A model generated the notes under the pieces. The model did not search any database, had not been told where the DNA came from, and worked only from the letters and a program-made list of their open reading frames with translations. The translations under genes and the position numbers were made by a program. DNA of 49,995 nt, the filler included, from Streblomastix strix (lineage: Eukaryota): NCBI GenBank assembly GCA_008636045.1. It is 3 parts of 3 records of this genome, joined end to end, with 100 filler letters (N's around TTAATTAATTAA, not from the genome) between each part and the next. Parts side by side here need not be neighbours in the genome. Positions count along the whole stretch, not along the records: positions 1 to 16,608 come from SNRW01000787.1; 2 more parts are not named here. One strand, 5' to 3'. Positions 1 through 13,729 of the stretch are shown here, one piece after another (position 1 is the first letter of the stretch; each line of letters starts with the position of its first letter).

Positions 1-1449
1 ATTAAAATAGGGAGTTCATTTGCTTAGATTCCCATGGGATGATTCAAGGAATAATCTTATTAGAGTAAGTATGAAAAACATTGAATAGATATATTTATTG
101 AAAAAATAAACAGAAATTAGAAAATAATTTTAATTTATTATTTTTTTTGTTATCAATTTTTTTATTTCTTCATTTTTTTTATTATAAATATATATAATAT
201 CACTATCTCATATATTTCTATATATATTTAGATGATCCTACTGCCATCTTTAAACTGGACAATGTTCTGCTGACAACATCAAATGATGATGAAATAACAC
301 AAATTAGAGGTCAGAATTCATCAACTATATTATTATAGAGCGCTGCGGAGGTATAAATTGAATTTATTTATTTATTGATATATTATTTATAAGTTAAGAG
401 TTTAGTGATAGATATATATATGTTGATTATTTATATAAATGTTGCTTTGGATTATAATAATTTTTGATTTTTATTATTTTTATTATTTATTGTCATTATA
501 ATTATTCAGGTTTATATAAGAAACTCGGAGTTTGGCCACGGAGTTTATACAGTTGGCTCATTAATTCAAATTGAAAAGTATTTCATATATTAAAACAAAT
601 ATTTTATTATAATAATAATATTTTAAATAATAACAGTATTATTATCAATAATATTATTTATAATTTTTAATTTTACTTTTTTTAATATAATTTCAGCCGT
701 GTTGTACTCATAAATATAGAAAATAATAAATTCAATAAACAAATACGATCTGGATCAGTACCAGGTACTTTTTTTTATACAATTTATTATATACAACTAT
801 TTAATTCAGTTTAATTTATTATTAATTTATTATTAATTATTATTAATATTTTTTTATATTTATTTATTTATATTTTTGTGTTTTATATAGGCACAACAAC
901 AGTCATTAATGAAAATGGAGTAGTTATCAACGCTCAGTTATCATTAAATGATGGCACTTATAAGTATTTATAAATTATATAATAAATACAGTTTCATTTA
1001 AATAATATTACATATATATTTATTATATTAATATAAATATTGTTTTTTATATAAAATTTATTTATTTATTTATTTCTCAATCAATTAACAGCCGTTCAGT
1101 TCTCAGAATCCGAAACTCGACCTTCAGCGGCGACAACTTCAACCCATACGACTCTGAATATACTTCCACATCATCCAAATAAAGCAAAAACAAAAACAAA
1201 AACAAAAGCAAAAAACATCCCATAAATTAATAATAGGAAAATGTACTTGACTCAACTGATGTGTGTTATTGGAAATCGTCAGCTGTTTCTGTGAAGAATG
1301 GAACCGTTCTGCTGGAAAGTGGGAAATTTGAGGGGTTGAATGATGGTTTGCAATATCTTATTGATATTTTATAATTGATTTATATATAATTGATTTTGGA
1401 ATTATTGATTGATTTATTTTATTTTAATTTTATTTATTATTATTTATTA

Positions 1450-1529
<80 letters not shown>

Positions 1530-4500
1530 AAATAATAATTTAGGTGCACTATACATCTATTAATCATACGCTGTAATTTCCAAATATTTTACATTTAATA
1601 GAAATTATTAATTAAAACCAGCAATTGAAAGTGGTATGATATTTTTATAATAAAGAAAAAATATATGAAAAATTTGAAAAATAAAAAAAAAAAATCAATT
1701 AAATTTTCCTATAAATATAAATTATTTATAATTAGGCTTCAGCCGAGTCGGTAGGAATATAATATGCGAAGGATTATCGGCATTGACAATAGAATCAAAG
1801 GACAGCTTTATTGAAGACGGTAAGCAAATTTGAAATTTATATATTTTCCTTTCAAATTATTTTTTATTTATTTATTTATTTAATTAGGCGTTCCATCATC
1901 AAGTTATTGGATTGAAAGAGATTTAGGAGAAATTAGTTAATAATCCAATGGATGCAATGTGACGGTATTTAATTTGTACTATTTACAAATAATACGAAAT
2001 TTAAATTTAATTAATTATTTATTTAATTCAATATAAAATTCAATTAATAATTCAATATATAATTCAATATATTATATATATACTAATTATATTTTATAGG
2101 GTCTCTTTGATAATGAACCATCATTATTGTTCCAACCCATTGTTGAAGGAGTTGAAGCTGTTATGATCGATGATTAGATGAACAGCGATGGTATGTTATA
2201 GAATATAGAAATATATTTATACGTTATTGAGTAATAATTGAAAATTAAATAGATTATATATTTATTTTCTTTATATTTATGATTGTTTTTATAAATATTC
2301 AATAATTTTCCTCATATTTTTTATTATATATCATTCTAATATCAGATTCAAACAAAGAGAAGAAAAAAACTTTGCTCCGTTTAACTTTCAAAGGACAACA
2401 TTTAGAAAAATGCGGTGTTGATGGAATCAAAGGATTCTAAATCATTGACCAAAGATATGTTATTGATCAGAGTACAAGTAATGGTTTGTGATAAATATTA
2501 TTATTTATATTTTAATGTATTATTTATTGTATTTTTAATCTTAATTATTTTATTAATTTTTTATTAAATTATTAATTATGTAATATATTATTAAATATAT
2601 TATCATATATTTATTTTCTTTAATAATTCATTAGCTGATGAACTCGAAGAAGGAGTAGCTATATAAGCTCCAATTCCATCAACAGCAATATGGAATAATG
2701 AGAACCAGATTGAATTTGTTATCAACTCAACTGGATTGAGTCAAGATTAGACATGGGTTGTGAGGTTCGTATTTAATTATATAATATTTATTTATAGATG
2801 AATGCATTAATTACTTTTTAATGTATAATATATAACTTTAATTTATTTTATTTTATATTCAACTTTATTTCATTTATGATTCAATTCAGGTTATTATATG
2901 GGTAAGGATCAACAGGTGTTACATCATCTGCATATGCATTTGGATATCTAGGAGACAGTGATATCCCTTCAAAAGGTAATTAAAGAATATTTTTCTTATG
3001 TTTCTTTTAAATTTTATATATATTAATAATTTTTATATAATAATTTAATATAATTAAAAAAACCAATACATATTATTATTATTAAATTATCATATTATCA
3101 TATATTACATAACAATATAAATCAACACACCCATATATATATATATAAAGGCGGCCTTTCCACAGCCTGGATAATCATCATCATCATCATCGTGTTCCTA
3201 CTCTTAGTAGGCATCATTCTCTTCCTGACATGTTTAGCCGTCTATTTCTCCAACAAGAAGAAGCGAACCAAGAAAAGATCAGTGCAGAACAAACCGGATG
3301 AACGCGACTACGAAAATCTGAAAGAGGAGCAGCAGTCACGATTGACTAAAGAAGAGTCAACAAGCTACGATTCGGATGATTATCCAACAAAAACATCTAG
3401 AACTACTAGCAGGTATGGACGTCCATCTGTATCGCGCACATTTACTGGGACTGAAGTGAATTCGAGTTAGCCTAGGACAAAGTCTTATAGCACACATACT
3501 CAGTCGATTACTACGAAAGAGCCGGTTACAGTTACTGGGTAATCTGGTTTGGAGATGGGAGTTGGAGATGGGAGTTGGAATTGGATTTATATTTGAATTA
3601 TATTTATATTTGATTTTATTATTAATTTGAGAAATGAATGAAAGAATAAATTTTTATTGGAAATTTTTTTTTTTTGATTTATTTTTTATTTAACTTTATT
3701 TTGATATTTAGATGATGATCCTCAATAGATCACTGCACAAATATCCACATAATATGAAACTTCTACTCTTGATAGGTATAAAACAAAAATTATTAACTAA
3801 ATAACAATATCAATATTTTGTTTATATTATTATTTAATTTAATACATCATTTATTTATATATAACATATTATTTAATTTAATACATCATTAATTTATATA
3901 TATAACATATATTCATTCATTCTATTATTAAATAAATAGGCATCGTCTTGGAGAGAGGAAGAGACCATATCGAAGTGGAGACAGTCTTTTCTCAAAATCA
4001 TAAACAAGCAGAAGTCAGAAGTATATTATTTATTTTTTTATATCTGAATTAATTAATTTATTTATTTATTTTTGAATTTAATTTAATTTATTGATTATTT
4101 ATTTGTTTATTTATATTAAAAGATCTCGTTCTTCCAGACATGATACATTTGGTGGTAATAGACCAAGTTTGAATAATAACAATTAATAAATTTTAACAAA
4201 TTGAATAGTTTAATTTAAATCATATTAATAATATATACAAAACACCAATATTTCATATATATTTATACTCAAATATATTCCAATATCTTTTATTTATATT
4301 CAAATATCAGGTGATGAGACCTACAAACACACCAACAACCACACATTCAGCACAGATGCAGATTCTAACACGAAAAGGGAAAGAATAAGGGAAAGAGCTA
4401 GAGATGGTATTTAATATGTAATTAATATATAATATTATTATATATAATATTGATAAATGAATAGAAATATATTATTGATAAATGAATAGAAATATAATAT

Positions 4501-7500
4501 TGATAAATGAATAGAAATATAATAATTGAATGTTAAAACGAATAATTAATTAAGAAATTTTAAATTTTTATGCATTAATATTTTTTTTACTATTAATTAT
4601 TGATAAATATAACAGATCCAAATTCAAAAACTATATCAATCAGTGAAAGTGAAAGTATGCTGATTACAAAAATATTTACTTAATTTAAATATATAATTTA
4701 AATTAATATTTATTATATATAAATTTTTATAATCTTAATTAATATTTTTTATTATTACAAAACCTTACTAATTTATTTAATTCACATTTTACTGCAAATC
4801 CACCCACATTTCCAGAAGACAAATCCATCACATCCGGCCGCTCAAAGCCGCAATCCAAATCCGAAAGTGGATCATCACGTGGATCGCATCGAAGTGGATC
4901 AAAATCAATCCCATAAAAAGACAGGTCATTTTCTAGGACTAAAACATAATCTGGGACAAAATCGGATTCTGAGTCTAATTCAAGCTCAAGCAGCAGCTCT
5001 AGTTCGACTACGAGGTCGAGATCGAGGTTTGTGTTTGATGTTAGAAGAAGTGAGAGATTGATTTATTAGAAAAAAAAAACTATTAGAAAAGAATTTAATT
5101 TGATAATAATTTAATTAGATAAAATAATTATTTTTAATTTTTATTTTTGATACAAATTCCAGATCAAAATCTACTAGCTCAAGTAGTTCTAGGTACATAT
5201 ATTTTAATTTAAATTTATAAATCCTATTATTGAAAACTTTATTTTTATTTATTTCTTTATTCAATTTTTTTTTTCTTCATTTATTTATTATTCAGATCTT
5301 CAAGCAGCTCAAGCCCGTATGATTTATTGTTTAATATATTAAACACTATTTACTTAATAATATTTTTTTTTTCAATATAATTTACTTCATATTTATTTTC
5401 TAATTTATATTATTTACTTATTATTTTCTATCTAATAATATTAACACTTTATTTACTAATTAATTATTTATTTATTTCCTTCAGTTCTGTTCGTTCAGGA
5501 TCAGCAGGAGAGAAACAAGGAGATACGCCGCCCACATCACATAAGAGTATGATTATATAATAAATATATATAAATATAGATATATTTAATATTTATAAAA
5601 TAATTTAATATTTAATATTTATAAAATAATTTAATATTTAATATATATAAAATAACTTGAATAATATTAATCAACCAATTAACTTATATACAATTAATAT
5701 TTCATATACATTATTTCTATTCATCTATATCTATATCCCATTTAACACACTTCCATCCACATCCACATCCACATCCACATCCAACAACAGTCAACGTCGA
5801 CCGCAAAGACGTAAAATCCCCGCACAGCTCCAGAATAACCCCAACCTCCAGATCCACTCCAAGAACTATCTCAGATCGGACACACTCACGTTCAGAGAGG
5901 TCAAATACGCACTCAAATTCGCATAACTCAAATTCGCATAATCAGTCCAGGAATTAGTCGAGGAGCAACAATAATGATAGGAGGGGGAATTTTGATAGGG
6001 ATGGAGATGTGTATTCGCCTTCGCACTCGAATTCTTAGGCTCATACGAGGTCGGGGACGGGGAGGACGCAGCATTCGTAGAGCTCGAGTATGCTGATATA
6101 TTTATGTTTTATATGTTTATATGTAAATATTGTTAAATTTATATGAATATTGTTAGTTATATTTATTTTTATATATGTAAATAAAAGGAGTTTTTTATTT
6201 ATTTGGATTGAAATGAGAGAAAATTTTCAAATTTTAATTTTAATTTTAATTTTATTTATATTTAATATTATATTTATAGTCCACAATAGAGAAGAATAAG
6301 GAGGTGATCTCGATACACATGTTGGTATGAAATTTAGTAATAAGAATAATAATTTATACTATATCAACATAATATTCACCAATTAATTATTTACTTTATT
6401 CATTCGCTAATTAATTAATTAACTTCTTTATTCATTCACTAATTAATTAATTAATTAATTTATTTATTTATTAACAAACTAATTAATTTATTCATTATTT
6501 AACCAACCAATTAACCAACCTAATCAAGCCTCCCACGAGTCCCAGGTGATGCGGCAACAGGATTCAAGGCCACTTTCAGTGTCATCCAACAGGTCACATC
6601 CATCGTCACTAGGAGAAGGATCATTTCCTGGATCTACAGACAGGAAACAGAAAAGCTAAGGGTACGTATATTATAATAATTGTTGATGATTGATAATGAA
6701 TTATATATATGTATTAGTTATATATTTATATTGAATATTAATTTAGTATATATTTGTTGTAATGATGGTTGAAATTGAGAGGAATTAGAATAATATTTGC
6801 ATTAATTTTATTTTTGTTATTAAATTTTATTTATTTATTCATTGATTTATTATTAATACAATTAGATAAGTTACTCATGATACACATGGAGCTGACGGTC
6901 GTGAGGAATAACGTGGAGGAAGAGGAGGTATGAAAGGAAATGAATAATAAAGATTGAATAATAAATAATAATAAATAAAAAAAATAAAAAATTATATTTT
7001 ATTCTAATTTTCTTTACTATTTAATTATTCAATAAATTTTTGATTTTCAATTAAATCTCACAATATTATTTTATATTTATATATATACATTCCCATATAC
7101 ATAATAATAATAAACAACCAGGCTACGAATCCCCAAGTTCGTCAATTGGAAACTAACAGGGATCTGCTTTTGACAGAGTGACACCACACGAGAGAGAGAC
7201 AAGCAGATCCAGATCAGAAGGATGTGTGCAGATATATTATATATTATATATATTATATATGTAGATATATATTATATATAGATATATAATATATGATGAT
7301 ATATGGATAAATATATGAAATAATTGAGTAATAATATATATTATATAGATATATTATATGTAGATATATGGATAAATATATGAATTAATTGAATAATAAT
7401 ATATATTATATAGATATATATTATATGGTGATATATATTATATGTAGATTAATATATGAATTAATTGAGAAATAATAGAATTAGAATATATATTTGAATT

Positions 7501-7917
7501 AATTGGATAATATTAAAATAATTAATAAATTATTATTATTTTTATATATTATATTTTATTTTCTCATTTATTATCATTCTTTCCATTTAAACAGAGAAAT
7601 CTCGAAGTGCCAGTCACCGCACCAGCGACGAAGACAGAATTGATTCATCTGCTCGTTCAGTTCGCATATTATATATATTATTCTTATATAATAAATATTA
7701 TATATATTATTCTTATATAATAAATATTATGTATATTATTTTTATATGTACTAAATATTTCATATATTATACATTATTTATTAACCTATATAATATTTAT
7801 TAAATTTATAAACATACTAATCAATATATTTAAACCCAGGATGACTTCCGTGCTGGCGACACACTTCCTAAAGATGGTGCTAATTCTTTGTTTGACAATG
7901 ACGAGGATTGGGAATGA
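1..7917 (+). CDS. Multi-exon type I membrane/surface protein (5'-partial) with Ser/Arg-rich cytoplasmic tail
   Basis: Many short GC-richer exons flanked by GT..AG in AT-rich introns. Exon 232-350 reads DPTAIFKLDNVLLTT...LLQ(TAG)SAAE; exon ~1092-1344 reads ...DVCYWKSSAVSVKNGTVLLESGKFEGLND. TM helix AWIIIIIIIVFLLLVGIILFLTCLAVYF followed by NKKKRTKK at ~3165-3275. Last exon 7840-7917 reads DDFRAGD...DEDWE*TGA. Confidence 0.8.
1435..1527. repeat. (ATT)n microsatellite inside an intron
   Basis: Visible run of attattatt... Confidence 0.9.
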
Positions 7918-8304
7918 TTCTCCTATTGATAATAAGGAAAATAATATTAAATAAGAAACTGAGAAGAATAATATTGATAATAATATATATAGAGCGTGCT
8001 GTGATATGCTTGTTACTCAAGCTTGTATTTAGATCTTTCAGATATGATATGATATGATAGAATATAAGCTTGGGTGAGCTTTATCACATTCGTTATTTTC
8101 ATTTCTATAATTTTAACAGCCGCTCAATTCCTTTTCTCTCACTTTCGAAGTTATCACATCATGTTTCCTACACCGAGCGTTTTATTATTATTTTTTATCT
8201 TCTTAAAATAGTATAAATAAACTTGAAATATATAATAGTTGATTGAGAACTTTTTAAAGATAGTAATAATATTTCCTTATCCCTTCTAATAGGGCAACGA
8301 TAAA

Positions 8305-11300
8305 ATGAATATATCTCTCATACATGTTATTCACGAACTGTTGGAAACTGAACGAACATATGTGAAATGCTTGCGCCAACTAAATTAAGTTTGTATTTTA
8401 TAATTTTAAACTATGTAAGTTGAATAATTTACTTTTTCTTATTTTACTACTCAGTTCTATCTCGAACCAATTATTCAATATTTTTAAAAGAATAATACAA
8501 ATAAAATTGATATAATCATTAAGGAGTTCATTAAATAAACAAATGTAATCTTGAAGATAAACGAATCGTTTTTAAATGATTTTGAAAATCGCCTTATCGA
8601 CAATATTTCTTCTGAGACGTACATTTCTGACATTATTTTGAAATATTCTCCTCAATTTAAGAAGTATTTTGAATATTTTGATATCCTTGAAGATGCCTCT
8701 GAAACATATCAGAAACTTTTAATTCAATTTCCGCAAATTGCCGAAGTAAGCTACAATCTACAAGTTGACGCTAGAATATTTGTCAATTTTGATTCTCTGT
8801 CAATCACGCCAATACAGAGGGTACCTCGATACATCTTGTTAATAAATGAGATTTTGAAGCATACACCATTTGACCACGAAAATCGAGATGAACTCGAAAA
8901 ATGCTTAGATTCACTGAAAGAAACTGTAACATTCATAAATGATCATGCGCATATGAAGTATTTTAGTGATTATTTTAAATTCTACTATCTTTTATATTTT
9001 ATTTGTTTATTTATAATAGTATTAAGAAGAAGAGAACGTTGTAACTTTCTACAATTATTGAAGGATTTACAGTTTGCTAATTAGTAATTATTGTTAATAA
9101 ACATAAATTTGTATTATTTCATATAATTGAATATTACTTAGAGTCTTATATAACCTTCCAGACTTCTACTGAAAGAAGGCCATTTAACATTAGTTGAATC
9201 CAAATCTGCAAGTTAATGCTTTCTTTTCCTATTTTCTGACATTCTTCTTATTTGTATTGAAAAAGTATAAGATTTATAGTTCTATTTATAAATTTTATAA
9301 ATTTTATAAATTTTAATTAATTATTAAAATTTAATATTTATAAATTATACTATTTATATATTTGTTTTATTCATAATTTAAATATTCATATTTTATAGAA
9401 ATCTTAATAAAACAAATTCAAATCAAGCAGTTCTTCAACACTACCAAAAATAAATAAATAGAATATTAACACTGAACCTCCATAACATTTGAAAATCATA
9501 AATATTATCTCTTTAAATCAGCCTATCAAATGTTTTGATTGCTGAAGAAAATTAGAAACTTTTAATAATAACAAATAAATAACATTTAATGAATAAGAAT
9601 AGTTGAAAAACAATCAAAGTTAGAATAATAATAATAATTCAAAAATAGATAATGAAAATAAACCAAATTAAAGGAGCCATTCATTACCAAATTCGTTGAT
9701 TAAATGGAGGAAGAATCAACAATCTGAATAAAACAGTCATTTTCTTATTTTGACATAAAGACAAACTTTTCTGTTTTAATTGCAATTAAATGAAGATGTA
9801 GATAAATGGATCAGTGAAATAAATGAAGCTGTTAATTAAATTAATGCTTTTAAATAGGAAGAATTAAAGAAATAACAAGAAGAAGAGAAGAAAATTGATT
9901 TTAATTAATTAACTGAAGAATAAAATTAATAGAAAATTAATTAAAACTAATAGAAAAATGAATAAAATAAATAGAAAAATAGAATTAGAAATAAAAAAGC
10001 TAAATATAATGCTAAACAAACAAATATTAAACCCAAAGTAAATAGTAATATCAATAAATATTGAAATTAATCAAAATCATTTAAATAAAGAAGACCATAA
10101 AGTGTAATAATCAATAATCTATAATCTATTAATCAATAATCTATTAATTAGACTAAAATATTTGAAAATAAAGATGAATTTAATATTGATGAATTAGAAA
10201 TCATTGCTCCATAAAATCCATTAATGTGGAAAGATCTATTGAAACATATGGACATTGATTGGAATACAATTAAATATTATAATGAAAAAGAATTGGAAGA
10301 TTAGAATAGAATGAAATTAAAGTAAGAATTAGAGAATGGAAGATAAAATATCAGAAAAACATTAGAAGATTTGTTGAAATAATAAATGTATTAACAATAA
10401 AATTAAGAATAAATTGAAAATAAAGATTTAGTTAATGTTATAGATCAGAAAGAAATAAGTTAATAACCTGTTATCAATAATAACAAAAAATAAGGAATGA
10501 TATAAGATATAAATTAATCTAAATAATAAAAACAGAAGAAGTCAAACATCAAATATAAATAATCAAAATTTAAGAAATTAAATTCATATAACAAAATAAT
10601 ATTAAATAAGTATAAACAAGCACAAGAATAATTAGAAATAGAACTTAATAATTAAATAAAGGAAGATTCTAAATTTATTGATAAAGAATATGAAGAATAA
10701 GAATAAGAATATTCAGTGAAATATTCTGAAATAAAGAAAAACATTCTTTAATTTGAAGATAAAATAATTAATGAATAAAATTAAAGGTTGTAAGAATAAG
10801 AATTACTAATGAAAGATGTTTTAAAGTAGTAATAATAACTAATTGAATTAGAAATGAGTATTAATAAATAGAAAGAATAGCAAATTCAAAACAAAGAAAT
10901 GCAAAAACAATAAAATAAAGAAATTAAATAAAAAGAAAAGGAGAAAAAGAAAATATTTCAATTTATTGAATAGAAAAAGTTATAAATATAATAAATATAA
11001 TAAAATTATGTATAAAGACTAGAAGATGAAGAGAATGAAAGATTTCTCCTTGAATAGTAAGAAGACAAACTTTATTTTGCTGTAATTAAATAATAAGAAT
11101 ACAAACAGAAGGAAAAACAAGAAAAAGAAGAATAAAGGAGATTCAATTATGGAGAAAAATTGCAAATTCTGAAAAATGTAGAAGAAAACGATAATTAAAT
11201 ATAAATGAATTTATCAAATCAAAAAAAAATTGGCTAATAAACCAATAAAACTAATAAAAACATATATTAGAAATCCAATTAAATAAATAAATAGAATTAA

Positions 11301-12683
11301 TTTAATAAACAAAAGTAATCATACTAATTATAACAAAAGCTTCAATAAAAAAGATCAAACAACACAAAATCTATCAAATCATTCAATGGAACATCTTCTT
11401 TGCAATATATATAACACAGAAAATCATTAAGTAATTTAACTTATTAATATAGAAATTAATTGCAATATAATAAGAATAATAATAACATAAATAAGAATAT
11501 TATGTTAGATAATTAGTTTGGAACAATTTAAAGATCAAAGTTTAATTCTGCTTAGAATAGAATATAATTATTGCAAAACAAATTACATTATTAAACTATT
11601 CAAGAGAATAAATATAATAATAATCTAAGATTCAATCAAGATTTTAGATTATAATAAAGAATAGAAAACAATAATAAATAAAAAGAAATGAAAATTAATC
11701 CAACAAATCAATTCGCCAGAATTTCAAAATCGGAACCAGGAACTCCTTAAATAGTCGGATTTATAAATCATTTTCATTCAAAATCATAATCAGTTCAGAA
11801 TGTGGATAAAAATTTCATAACATAACCATTAGAAGAAACATTGAATGAATAAATGTAATTTCATCTGAAAGATAATGATTTAACTAATAATTATATGATG
11901 AATGAAAATATAGAAAATATTGAATATGAATAAGAAAAAGAAGATGAATCAACTTCTCGTAATAAAAGTTAATAAGAAAAAGATGACAATTCTTAATCAT
12001 TAATTAAAAGCTAAAATATAAAAGATTAATTATTAATAAAAATAATTTCTCCTATTGATTTACAATAATAAAAGATTGAATCAACAAATGTTGTAAAGAA
12101 TTATTAATAATAATAAAATCTTAAAGTGAATAAATAATAAAATCTGAAGATGAGTCAATATTAATAGCGTTTGTTAGGTTTGGCTCATTTAACACATCAA
12201 ATCAACATAAATTCATCAAGAAAAACATAAGATGAATAATTTCGCCAATCTTAACTTTCGAAGCAGAATAATTAAATGTTGCTTTAATAGCATTAGTTTA
12301 ATATCCCACTTAATTAATATTAACAAAATCCACATTTACCTTCATATAGGTCTAATACATTTTCTAACTATATTTCTTAACCTTAAAAAGCATCAACATC
12401 TAAATAATCTTCAATAACAACATCTGCTAATCAAAATAGATTAAATACTAAATCTAATCTAAAATTCAAATCTTATACTTCTCCTTATAGATTTGATTAG
12501 AATCAATCAAATATACCCAATATTAATGATAGATATAGAATTCAGAGCCCAATATAACAGAGAAATATAACTTAAAGTATAGGGCGATTAATTTTTGATA
12601 ATGGTTATATTGATGCCAATTAAAATTTCAGATATCATTCAAATTTTAAATTTATTAATCAAAATAATAAAATATGGAAATGA
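8305..12683 (+). CDS. RhoGEF (DH + PH domain) protein with long Gln/Asn/Lys-rich coiled-coil tail
   Basis: DH motifs HELLETERTYVKCL (exon 1) and ITPIQRVPRYILLINEILKHT (~8800-8865). PH-like motifs RLLLKEGHL..CFLFLFSDILLIC and DKWISEINEAV. Introns at ~8389-8454, ~8960-9020, ~9080-9140 and ~9266-9398. Long last exon is open only with TAR=Gln and ends ...KIWK*TGA at 12681-12683. An upstream exon is possible (acceptor-like AG at 8292). Confidence 0.85.
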
Positions 12684-13729
12684 TAAAATAATATAACATG
12701 ATTTTCTATTGGAGAAGGAAATTTCATTTTAAATTTGTACCTTAAGATCATATTTACTTACAAATCAGCATTTTTTTTGTATCTTTTATATATTTTTTAA
12801 ACCACATTTATTATTTGAATATTATTTTTTAAATAATTATTAAACATCAGTTTTACCTTTAATCCTAATTTATTATTTTTTTTAGTATATAAGATCAACG
12901 TTTTATCTTCTATTTTTTTGAAAATTGCAATCTTTTCCCAAGAAGTTTTTTATTTTAAGTTTTATAAGAGCTTCCTTTAATTTTTATCTTAAAATTATTA
13001 ATCATAATTTTTGATCATTTTATAGTTTTTATACTAAATAAATAGTATAAACATATAGTACTTAATTTTGAAAGATTTTTTTTTATTTGCTTCAATGATT
13101 AGTTATCAAACTTATCATCGAACAAAAAAATTTTTTAGGTCTGTTCTTAACAGTTACTTGCTCGGTACCTAGGCATTTATCAATGTAGGGGATATCTTTT
13201 AATGAACGTTTATTAGTTTTTCAAATAATTTTTATGTATAAACAATTCCGGTTAAACATTTTTAGCACTAAAAAAAGCGAATGAAATTCTAAAACTAAAA
13301 ATTTCTTTTTATTTGCATGGGCATTCTTTATAATTTGGTTTTAATTTTCTTAATCAATTATAATTATTTTTATAATATTATAATTTAAAGCTTTCAATCA
13401 TTTTAAGCCAAATTTAGCCCTAAACAATCTTATAAAATTTTTATTTAACAATTATTTTCATAATTCATGTATATAATTCGTTATTACTTATGCAAATAAA
13501 CTTACTTTATGTATATGTTAAGTTAATATCTAAAATAAGCATCAAGAAGCATTCTATTTCATTATTACCCCGATTACAGTAAAATATTGGAAAATTCCAA
13601 CAAATTAACTGACATTTAGCTTCACAATCGAAAATTATTATTTTTTATTATCTAATTCATTTATTTACTATATATACACCCAAGTTTTATAATTATTTTA
13701 TTTCTTTATTCTATTCTATTACTTTTCAG

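Noticed and set aside
4445..7480. Short tandem duplications in introns (for example ttgataaatgaatagaaatat x3 at ~4451-4520)
   Set aside because: Ordinary slippage repeats in AT-rich introns.
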